A stretch of 64,000 bases of DNA from Scyliorhinus canicula. Its lineage: Eukaryota. The notes under the pieces are model-generated. The model was not told where the DNA came from and did no database searches. It saw nothing but the letters and a program-made list of their open reading frames with translations. Positions 13,896 to 24,379 of the stretch are shown here, piece after piece; position 1 is the stretch's first letter, and each line of letters starts with the position of its first letter. The translations under genes were made by a program, and so were the position numbers. The stretch is taken from assembly GCF_902713615.1 (NCBI RefSeq), contig NC_052158.1, forward strand, positions 30,297,990 through 30,361,989, written 5' to 3'.

Positions 13896-14232
13896 GAATG
13901 GCTGCAGGAAACATCAGAATCACCCAATACCCATTCTGCATTTTTGTCAACCAGGGGCAGTCTACTGCTGAACTGCACGTATGAAAGGCCCTCGGGAATC
14001 GGCGTCTTCAAATGATACAAAGACACTAAAGACGGGCCGGAACTCAGCGAGCAATCTGTGGAATTCAGAGGGGGAGTGTCTCGAGCAAGTGCAGAGGTCT
14101 TTAAAGCCAAGAGGGAGGCTTCCATTACTATGACAGACTTGAGGCCTTACAATTCAGGGAGATATTACTGCCAAGTGAAATTAGTGGGACTTCAGGGAAC
14201 AGATGGACCAGGAACAGAACTAAATGTACTGC
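13896..14232 (+). pseudogene. NCR3: NKp30/NCR3-like VJ-type Ig V-domain exon, pseudogenised
   Basis: Phase-1 exon bounded by cag| and |GTGAGT. Reads GMAAGNIRITQYP...GQS/LLNCTYERPSGIGVFK*YKD...EFRGGV...REASITMTDLRPYNSGRYYCQVKLVGLQGTDGPGTELNVL. Frameshift near 13963; core Trp is TGA at 14013-14015. Confidence 0.85.
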
Positions 14233-14819
14233 GTGAGTTAACTGCTTAGCACAAGCTAAATGAATCACGGTAGCCATTGGGCCGGTCATTCCATTGCTCA
14301 ATACTAGTGAAATTAACACCTACATGTAAAGAAATATTAGCAGGGTATTGACATTCAAGATAATATTGTTTTTCTATGACAGGGTACATATTTATATCAT
14401 TTAACCGACTATGAACATTCAGAACACCTCCGTTCTGTTTAATAGTTGTCTATATTAAATAATAAAATATTTATTAAGCAATCATGAATATTTCTGCAAA
14501 CACACGGAATGTCCTGCCCCTTACTCTAAAACTATGCCCCCTTGTGATTGACCCATCAGTGTCCCAAACGCCCCAATTATTCCATAATGTGACCAGTGTT
14601 ACTCCGTAACTATTTTGTGCAGGAATGGTTAGGTTTTTATATTCACATTTTGTGAGCTTCCCTATGCTATTTGCTGATTGCGAACAGGAAACTACATTAA
14701 ATTTTACACTATATGTTTTAATATCCGGTATTTGCAGATGACCAGAAATTGAGTCAGTTGACTTAGGCAAATAGTACTGGAGAAGTGTAGTATGAGTATA
14801 AGAAGTATGAGCCAATCTC

Positions 14820-15520
14820 AAAGAACAATGAACAATACAGCACAGGAACAGGCCTTCAGCCTGCCAAGCTTGGGCAGACCATTGTTCCTGTCGAAACTAA
14901 AACCATCTACATTTACGGAGTCCGTATCCTTCCATTCCCACCCTATTCATATATTTGTCCAGATGCCCCTCAAATGCCACTATAGTCTCTGCTCCCACCA
15001 CCTCCCCAGGCAGCGCGTTCCATATATTTACCACCCTCTGTTTTTTAAAAATTGCCTCGCACAGGGCAGCACGGTAGCATAGTGGTTAGCATCAATGCTT
15101 CACAGCTCCAGGGTCCCAGGTTTGGTTCCCGGCTGGGTCACTGTCTGTGTGGAGTCTGCACGTCCTCCCCGTGTGTGCGTGGGTTTCCTCCAGGTGCTCC
15201 GGTTTCTTCCCACAGTCCAAAGATGTGCGGGTTAGGTGGATTGGCCATGCTAAATTGCCCGTAGTGTCCTAAAAAGTAAGGTTAAGGGGGAGTTGTTGGG
15301 TTACGGGTATAGGGTGGATACGTGAGTTTGAGTAGGGTGATCATTGCTCGGCACAACATCGAGGGCCGAAGGGCCTGTTCTGTGCTGTACTGTTCTAAAT
15401 CTAAATCTGTTCTAAACATTTCCCAACGCACTTTAAACCTATGCCCCCTAGTACTTGACTCTCTTACCTTACGAAAGAGATCTGACTATCCACTCTGTCC
15501 ATGCCACTCATAACCTTGTG
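14820..15520 (-). mobile_element. CR1 3' fragment interrupted by a V-SINE
   Basis: CR1 tail at 14820-14880; CR1 3' sequence resumes after the SINE at about 15409. Confidence 0.65.
15064..15408 (+). mobile_element. V-SINE, young full-length copy
   Basis: Near-identical to 17992-18335 and 24899-25242; tRNA head, V core, CR1-derived tail ending (TTCTA/TCTAAA)n. Confidence 0.9.
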
Positions 15521-15531
15521 GACGAAGGCAG

Positions 15532-15633
15532 ACTCTGGTTGGAATACCATAATGTCGACATACGAAAATATAATGATGTCCATTCTCTATTAGTTTGGCC
15601 TTCAGCAACTACGGACCCTGTAGCCTTACACCG
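15532..15633 (+). pseudogene. possible decayed TM exon of the upstream NKp30-like pseudogene
   Basis: AG...CG|GTCAGT boundaries. With indels it reads IM(S/W)T..NIMMSILLLV, which aligns loosely with [15 protein letters not shown] of the intact gene; weak. Confidence 0.25.
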
Positions 15634-17234
15634 GTCAGTGAATTTTGAAGAACATATACATATTCCATCCAGTAAAATTATTGTTTCCCGTTGATTCTAA
15701 AGCAATGTTGCGCCTCGCAATGATATCCATTCAAAGGTGAGTAAGACATGGTGAGTAAATGGACTTAACTGGTCGATTACTGAATCATCCTTTATGCATT
15801 TAGAATAAGATTTGTCATTAATAAAGGACTCAAATGTTTTTATTGATCACTGCTGGAACGATTTAGTAGGTGCTTTTAATTGTAATTTAACTTGACTGTA
15901 TTAATCCTGCTTTCATCGAAAGATACGTTTCAGTTTTCGACTTGTATTTCCACAGATTTCGACGCACAAGTACAAAGGTTAGTCGGTGGTTGTGGCAGTA
16001 ATGAGACTATGTTTGAAGTTATCTGGAGTTTTGTTCCATAAGTCTGCGTTTTTTGTTTTATCTTGTGCAGGCCCTTGTTGGATTTTGGTGCTTCCGGCAA
16101 TGATGACATTAACCCACCTGGTAAATAAAGCATATTCATAGATATTGAACCTGCTTCTCAACAGATTTAGCTGGCTTGGAGATTGCACGCGCGCTGCCTG
16201 GGAAACATCTGCATCTCTTGCAAGAAAGCAATGCCATGACTGATTCTTGACATATTCTTTTAAAAAAATCTTTATATTGGCCTTTCCCATATTCATAAAC
16301 AGTTGTATATATACACATCACATTTTTCTCGCCCGCGATAATTTCCTTTTTTATACAGCGATATTTAGTTTGTCCTTTGTTTAACAGACCCAATGTGCAT
16401 TCCGTTGCCCTCTGGGTCGGTCCGTGGTTCCTCCCCATTCCCCTTTGTCTCCCCCACTCCCCCTCTCCCTCCCTCCTCCTCCCCCCCCCCCCACCCCAGC
16501 TTCGGCTGTGCTTTTCTTTTATTTTCCGGACAGAATGGAAAAAGAAAAGTTGGGGTGGGGTGGGTGGGGTGGCCCGGTGGCCCGTCCCTCATCTCTCATG
16601 TTTTCCCCACCTTCCGTCCGCCTCCCCCTCCCGGGTTGCGCATCTTTTGGTACCTCATCTATCTTGGTGTTTGTTTTTAAAAAATTACTCCTGTTGCTGG
16701 CCTCGAACAGGTTTTGGAACACGCCGACAAACCGCCCCAAGTATCCAGGAAGCCTTCCTCTGACCCTCGGATGGCGTACTGAATCTTCTCCAGGTGGAGA
16801 AATTCCAAAAGGCCACCAAACCAGTCTGCAGCTGTGGGTGGTGCTGCCGATCGGCAGCCGAGCAGGATTCTCCGCCGTGCGATTAGGGAAGCGAAAGTGA
16901 GGGCATTGGCCCCCTTTCCCATGTGTACCTTCGGCTGCTCCGATACCCCGAAGATTGCAACTATTTACATGGCTTCACCCTCACGCCCACAACCTTGGAC
17001 ATTGCCTTGGAGAAGGCTGTCCAGAACCCAGCAAGCTTGGGGTAAGCCCAAAACGTGTGGGTGTGGTTGGCCGGGCCCCTCTGGCACCATTTACATTTGT
17101 CCACCACCTCCGGGAAGAACCTGCTCATTCGGGTCTGGTCAGGTGCGCTCTGTGCACCACTGAGCTGCATTAGGTTGAGCCTTGCGCAGGAGGAGGTGGA
17201 GTTCATCCTGCTCAGTGCTACGCTCCAGAGTCAT

Positions 17235-17890
17235 GGAAAATAGAAAAGTACAGCACAGAACAGGCCCTTCAACCTCCGATGTTGTGCCGAACTTTTGCCT
17301 AGATTAAGAACAATTTCATCTACACCCCATCATTCTACCGTAATCCATGCACCTATCCAAGAGCCGCTTGAAGGTCCCTAATGTTTCCGACTCAACTACT
17401 TCCCCAGGCAGTGCATTCCATGCCCCCACGACTCTCTGGGTAAAGAACCTACCTCTGACATCCTCCCTATATCTTCCACCATTCACCTTAAATTCATGTC
17501 CCCTTGTAATGGTTTGTTCTACCCGGGGAAAATGTCTCTGACTGTCTACTCTATCTATTCCCTGATCATCTTATAAACCTCTATCAAGTCGCCCCTCATC
17601 CTTCTTCGTTCTAATGAGAAAAGGCCTAGCACCCTCACCCTTTCCTCGTAAGACCTACTGTCCATTCCAGGCAACATCCTGGTAAATCTCCTTTGCACCT
17701 TTACCAATGCTTCCACATCCTTTCTAAAATGAGGCGACCAGAACTGCACACAGTACTCCAAATGTGGCCTCAGCAAGGTTTTGTACAGCTACATTATCGC
17801 CGCACGGATCTTAAATTGAATACATCTGCTAATGAACACTAGCACACCATCGGACTACTTCACAGCGCTATCCACTTGAGTGGCAACTCT
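17235..17890 (-). mobile_element. CR1 3' fragment nested in L1
   Basis: [20 protein letters not shown]...LERRRMRGDLIEVYK followed by CR1 3' tail. Confidence 0.85.
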
Positions 17891-17991
17891 CAAAGATCAA
17901 TGTAGATAGGACGACTAGGTAGTCCCTATACTACCTCTGCCCCCAGTTCGGCCTCACATTTTGATCTCATTCAGTGGAGTCCGGGCTATGT

Positions 17992-18335
17992 GGGCAGCAT
18001 GGTAGCATGGTGGTTAGCATAAATGCTTCACAGCTCCAGGGTCCCAGGTTCGATTCCCGGCTGGGTCACTGTCTGTGTGGAGTCTGCACGTCCTCCCCGT
18101 GTGTGCGTGGGTTTCCTCCGGGTGCTCCGGTTTCCTCCCACAGTCCAAAGATGTGCGAGTTAGGTGGATTGGCCATGCTAAATTGCCCGTAGTGTCCTAA
18201 AAAGTAAGGTTAAGGGGGGGATTGTTGGGTTACGGGTATAGGGTGGATACGTGGGTTTGAGTAGGGTGATCATTGCTCAGCATAACATCGAGGGCCGAAG
18301 GGCCTGTTCTGTGCTGTACTGTTCTATGTTCTATG
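17992..18335 (+). mobile_element. V-SINE, young full-length copy
   Basis: Near-identical to 15064-15408. Confidence 0.9.
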
Positions 18336-19659
18336 TCCAGTACTGTCCGTATGTTTTCCCACATAGCCCCCCCCCCCCCGATCCCCCACTTCGTTGCTTG
18401 TGCCTATCAGATCCTCAAGTACTGTGGTTTCTGGGGCCCAGTGTACCCTCCTGTCTATTTGCGGAGGAAGTGTTTTATTTGGAGGTGCCTCATTTCCTGC
18501 CCTTTTCCTAGCCTACACTTCCTAGTCAGTTCATCTAGTGTTGCCAGTCTCTGCCCTACGTAGAAGTCCCCAACCGTCAATGTGCCCCCGTCCCGCCTCC
18601 ATCTTTTGAAGGTGGTATCTAGCCTGGCTGGGGGGAATCTGTGATTGCGGCAGATGGGGCACATAACGGACATTTTGGTTATCCCGAAGAGCTGTGTCAA
18701 CTGTGTGTACATTCTCAGCGTGGCCGCTACCACTGGGCTCGTTGTGTACCTTGTTGAGGAGGGTGGGAGTGATGCTGTGGCCAGGGCCCATAGCATAGAG
18801 GAGCAGGTCATCTGCATAGACTGAGACTCTGTGCTCTCTGGCTCCTCTCCAATTCCCTTCCAGCTTTTCGCGTCCCACATTGCTATCGCCAGGGTTTTGA
18901 TCGCTAGTGCAAACAAAAGTAGGGACAGGGAGCAGCCCTGTCTTGTTCCTCTCCGCAGCTAGACCTAACTACCCCAACCCACTTACTCGTCTATTGCTAC
19001 CAAATTGTCCTATCTCCGAGTTCAGCATAAATTCCAAATCATTTTAGATATCTGGGCGTCGCTGGCTGGGCCAGCATTCCTTGCCCATCACGAATTGCTC
19101 ACCACCGCCTTCTCATGGCAGGTACCGACGTGCAACAATTGCTGGTAAGGCCAGCGACGCCCATATCCGGTAAAATTATTTTTTAAAAGATGTAAGTTGA
19201 TTGACGTCAAGTGCTCCTCATCTATTGAGTACTCGAAACACGCTTGTATTTTTTAATTTCAGATTTTCAGCATCCGTCGTGTTACCTTTCGCTTTTATTG
19301 GAATGTCGTAGCTCTTTGTCAATCCAAAGTATCCCTAATAATCCGGGATTCATGCTTGGGAAAGTTTACACAGCAGAGCCAGCGAGGAATTATAGTCCTC
19401 CAGGAAATTAATGATTTCCCAAAACGAAAATACAGCTCCACTCAAATATTCCAATGGCCTCTGTGTTCGTTAGGAAGCAGTTACGCCACTGCTGGTCTGG
19501 TACCAGATATGTTCAGGATATTTTAAACATTCTAGACAGGCGCATAACATCTTTGCACCTAAAACACTCAGAAACTAGCCAGTTTCGTACAAGACTCTTT
19601 CAAAAAGTTACTCAGTCTCCACGTAACTCATGAAATAATAAGGCCAGCATACTTACCTG

Positions 19660-20060
19660 TGTCATAATCTACACACAAATATATGATGGGTGCACAAACA
19701 TTGATTGACACACAGGATGACCAATGAACACACAGAACACAGGAGCCAATCACCAGACAGGACATGGCCACTATAAAGCCAGAGGGCACTAGTTTTCCCG
19801 CTCTCTTGGGCTGCAGCCTCTGAGACAGTCAGAGCCCATGAGAAACAACTAGAACGTCCACCATGTGGTAGTAAGATAGTCTGGTCAGGTTAGCCTCAGT
19901 TCTCCAGTCAACTCAGTATCGTTTCAACCCACAGTTAAAGTATGTTTAATAGTTAAGAGTTCAATAAAATAGAGTTGCATTTCTTCAAGTGTTGGAAGTC
20001 TGTCTCTTTCACTATTATGGTAAACGCAATCGTCGCAGACGCAGCATACCCAGCACATCA
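19660..20060 (+). repeat. 5' LTR
   Basis: TGTCATAATC...CACATCA; contains TATAAA and AATAAA; roughly 90% similar to 22533-22935 by eye. Confidence 0.95.
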
Positions 20061-22532
20061 TGGTACCAGTGAGTCATGTTAGAGTTTGACGGGCCTACCT
20101 TGAGATAGTCTGCCTTTGACCAGCGATCAGCCATTAGGTAACATGGACAGCGTCAGCCCTTCCCCGCTGCTCTGCCTCGCCGGCAACCTTGGTGCCAACT
20201 GAAACATGTTTAGGCAGACGTTTTAGCTGTATCTTGAAGCCACTGACCTCGAAGACGCATCGGATGCTAGAAAGATTGCTCTCTTCCTCTCTCCAGCTGG
20301 GGACCACGCTATCCAGTTTTTTAACTCCCTCGCCTTTGTTGAAGGTGAGGACAAGACAAAGTTCAAAACAGTCCTGCTGAAGTTCGACAGCCACTGTGAC
20401 ATTGAAGTCAACGAGAGTTTTGAACGCTACATGTTCCAGCAGAGGCGTCAGGGTAAGGATGAACCTTTTCGGTCCTTCTTAACCCATCTCCGTATCCTTG
20501 CGCAATCCTGCAACAATGCTCCACTTCCGACTCCATGATCCACGACCAGATCGTTTTCGAGGTCCACTTTGATCCCCTTTGCCAGCAGCTCCTTAATGTA
20601 AAGCAGCTCACCCTCACCATCGCCATCGAGACCTGCATCCTACATGAGCACTAATAACTGGTACTCCCATATGAAGGCATCAGAGATGGTGCGGCAAAGC
20701 CCCCACGATGTGGAGTATGTGCAGGTCGTAAAACAGCTCCAGGGCCTGTCTGGATGAGGGAAGCCATTTGGCACGATTTTCCCGGGCTCCTGCGCATGCG
20801 CGCAATGACCGAGGGGACGTCGAGGCCAAGGATCGAACTGCGCAGGTGCGCACATCGTTTGACTGCACCGCGCATGCGCGGTGGCGCACGGAGCGGCCTG
20901 ACGTCAGCGCCATGACGTACAACAACTCTAGCTCCGCCCACTTAAAGCAGCAATATCTCACAAAATCTCAATGATGTCTCCAGTGCGGCAAGCTTGGCCC
21001 CGACGCAGCCCTGTGCAGATCTGTTCAACTGCCCACCACACATCGATCCCAGCAGCAGCCAGGAACGTCCAGTCAGTGCAGCAACCCGTTCCACACTCCG
21101 ACATGGTTCCAGATCCCGACACCGAGGATCTCACATCCCCATTCCGGGTGGGCATCATCACCAAGCATACAATGCTTTCCACAAAAAAGGCTAACCACTC
21201 CCAGTGATGAGCATTGATCCGGATGACGAGTGGTGTGCCACCCTTACGGTCAACAAATCTTGCATATGTTTCAAGCTGGACATTGGTACTTCAGCTATCC
21301 GCATTTCGCAGTCTGACCAGGATACCATCCACGTCAAGCCGAACATTCTTCCATCGGCGTACTAGCTTTTCGACTACAATGGCAATGCCATTGCTGCCAG
21401 TGGCTCATGACAGCTTGTGGTATCTCATCGTTCTTCAAGAGTCACCGTGCGTTTCGAAATTGTAGGGTCCAACAAAGCTTCCTTGCTCGGTGCTCAAAAC
21501 TGCAAAATCCTGAATCTTGTGCAGCGGGTTCACTCCATGTCGCCCACTGAGGCATCAGCCTCGCCAAATGCCAACTTCAAAATCCAATTAATTGACATCA
21601 TAGCACGATACCACAGCGTCTTCAAGGGTATGGACACACTCCCCTACACATACAAGATTCTTCTGAAACCGAATGCCACACCTGTGGTTCATGCACCATG
21701 TCGAGTGCCGGCACCCCTTAATGACCGCCTCAAGCAGCAGCTGCAAGACCTCCAGGACCAGGGCGTAATTTCTAAGGTCACGGAACCCACGGACTGGGTC
21801 AGCTCCATGTTTTGTGTCAATAAACCATCAGGTGAACTGCGTATTTGTATCGAACCCCAAAGATTAGAACCGTAACATCATGAGGGAACAGTACCCTATC
21901 CCTAAGCGCGAAGACCTCAGCAGCGAAATGGCTCACACAACGTTTTTCACGATTCTGGATGCCTCCAAGGGGTTTTGACAGATACGACTGGTCGCATCCA
22001 GTCGAAAGCTCTGCACATTTGACACCCTGTTTGGTCGTTATTGTTACAAACAGATGCCCTTTGGCATCATCTCCGCCTCGGAGGTGTTCCACTGAACAAT
22101 AGAGCAAATGATGGAGGGCATCGAGGGGGTGCGAGTGTACATCGATGACATCATTGTCTGGTCCACGACTCCACAGGAACACATCGATCGCCTCAAACGA
22201 GTGTTCCAGAGGATCGCACATGGCCTCCGACTCAACAGATCCAAATGCTCGTTCGGTCAACCAGACTTTTTCGCCCACCACAGATACTGAATTTATAGAC
22301 TGAATGTTTCATTGCCTTGAGCTTCGTTTACACATCTGTACGTATTGTTTCTTCTTAATTTGTTGTATGCACTCTATCTGCACTCGACACCTTCCCATGT
22401 AAATACGTTCACGTATTTTGTATATAGTCAGGCTCCTACTCATGTAAATATGCTCACATATTTTGTACATAATCAGGCTCATACACACACTCACTATTTA
22501 TTGACAAATACACATTTTTTAAAAGGGGGAGA

Positions 22533-22935
22533 TGTCATAATCTACACATAAGTATATGATGGTACACTGACAGACATTGATTGGCGCACAGGATGACTAA
22601 TGAACACACAGAACACAGGAGCCATTCACCAGACAGGACACGGCCACTATAAAGCCAGAGGGCACTAGTTTTCCGCTCTCTTGGGATGAAGCCACTGAGA
22701 CAGTCAGAGCCCGTGAGAAACAACTAGAACATCCACCATGTGGTTGTAAGATAGTCTGGTCAGGTTAGCCTCAGGTCTCCAGTCAACTCAGCATAGTGTC
22801 AACCCACAGTTAAAGTTTGTTTAATAGTTAAGAGTTCAATAAAATAGAGTTGCATTTCTTCAAGTGTTGGAAGTCTTTCTCTCTCACTGCTGTGGTAAAC
22901 GCAGTCCTCGCAGACCCAGCATACCCAACTCATCA
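22533..22935 (+). repeat. 3' LTR
   Basis: TGTCATAATC...CTCATCA preceded by a polypurine tract. Confidence 0.95.
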
Positions 22936-23009
22936 ACCTGTACTTTTAATATTTGGGTGGAGGACATGCTTCTGTGCATAATCATAATCTGTATTGTCAC
23001 AAATAGGCT

Positions 23010-23290
23010 TAAATTAACACTGCAATGAAGTTACTGTGAAAATTCCCTAGTCACCATATTCCGGCACCTGTTCGGGTATATAGTGGATGAATTCAGAAAA
23101 GCCAAATTACCTAACAGCTCGTCTTTCGGGACTAGTGGGAGGAAACGGAGCGCCCCGAGGAAACCCACGCAGACACGGGGAGAACGTGCAGACTCCGCAC
23201 AGACAGTGACCTAGCCGGGAACCAAACTTGGGACCCTGGTGCTGTGAAGCCATGGTGCTAACCACTGTACTACCGTGCTGCCCCATGTGC
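23010..23290 (-). mobile_element. V-SINE
   Basis: Reverse complement of the 10424-type SINE. Confidence 0.85.
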
Positions 23291-23880
23291 TACCCTGCTG
23301 CCCCATAATGTCGCACCAGAAGATTCTATGAGGATTCACGCTTAATATAAGGAACTTCCTAACCGAAATGGTGGCTTTCAGCCTTTCAAAATATATGACT
23401 GTGTTTGCAAATGCCACATAAAATCAGGAAACTGCGAGTTCTTGGGATATGTGAACGGGTATATGCTGATAAAGGTTACCTCATCTTTGCATGTCACCCT
23501 GAGTGCAACCTATCATTTGCACCTTGCAGAAATAATTGCATTTCAGCTCTTTATCCACAATACAGTTCACCAACTCAGTGCAATTAACAGAGCCGAGTGA
23601 ACTTGTATTTATTAAATATGGCAAGCTTATTCCGCTGAGAGATGAACACTTTTTATTGTCACGAAGTACCATCATCACCATCTGCATATCGCATTCGAAC
23701 AAAGATTGCTAAATGCAACTCAAACTGACATATTGTACGTGTATTTTTCAATCTTGTCTGACGTGTCGTGTGAAACAAATTACTTTGAGGTTCAACTTGC
23801 AAGTAAAGTCGCTAAGTTTAGTGTGAAATTGTTTATTCCTTTCTCAGCATTATTAAACCAATGGCAGTCGGCAGCTTGTA

Positions 23881-23897
23881 GTTCCGGACAGACCACA
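23881..23897 (+). promoter_or_regulatory. candidate ETS + RUNX promoter element of the NKp30-like gene
   Basis: TTCCGG adjacent to GACCACA, upstream of a strong donor GAG|GTAAGT at 24045/24046; motif-level evidence only. Confidence 0.3.
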
Positions 23898-23914
23898 CAA
23901 TCTTTTAATGTTTA

Positions 23915-24045
23915 ATCGCAGCATCTGTCTCGCACATCTTGGTCTGTTGTGCTTTATCTCCGAGTGCACAGCTCACACATCTGGTTCCACACCGTCGAAT
24001 GGAGACGTGACTCCTAAGCATTTCTTTTCTTCAGAAGAGTTTGAG
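23915..24045 (+). other. putative non-coding exon 1 of the NKp30-like gene (5' end uncertain)
   Basis: Ends at consensus donor GTAAGT (24046). A pyrimidine-rich acceptor ...gcgcag at 24315 precedes the leader ATG. Confidence 0.4.
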
Positions 24046-24330
24046 GTAAGTTCATTGCGGTAGCTCTCCATGTCTTCAATTTCAGCTACCCTAGTGTGCG
24101 AAAGGAAAATTATTGCCAACAGAATTTCGTTGGAAATAATTCTTTATATATTCAGATACCTACGTGTTTGCAAACGTAGGAAGGTATTTAAACAGATAAT
24201 GTCAGTTGGCAGGATGTTGCGCAATTGTTCGCGTTATGTATTCTGTGCATCTCCACTTTTAACATTCTATTGTCTACCCCTTCTATTCCTGTTGTTGAAC
24301 CGACTTCATGCGCAGAACTGTGCCGACATC

Positions 24331-24379
24331 ATGAACTTCCGTGTTTTCGGGACAATCTGGATAACGAACATGTTCGCCG
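24331..24379 (+). CDS. NCR3: leader exon [16 protein letters not shown]
   Basis: gacatcATG context, 16 codons + G, donor GTAAGA; G+CA gives Ala in frame with the V exon. Confidence 0.7.

Larger units (their letters stand above)
16255..18960 (-). mobile_element. L1/Tx1 3' fragment split by nested CR1 and SINE
   Basis: HRVSVYADDLLLY (18455-18916), NSTSSCARLNLMQL...CKWC...ANHTH (16961-17206), FASLIARRRILLG (16677-16922). Confidence 0.85.
19660..22935 (+). mobile_element. Ty3/Gypsy LTR retrotransposon, internally deleted, with TSD
   Basis: Two LTRs of about 400 bp with TG..CA ends, ACCTG target-site duplication on both sides, PBS-like TGGTACCAG at 20061, PPT aaaagggggaga at 22521. Gag (GNLGANW...FERYMFQQRRQGKDE) and RT (VRVYIDDIIVWS) remnants; RNase H and integrase absent. 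Confidence 0.95.
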
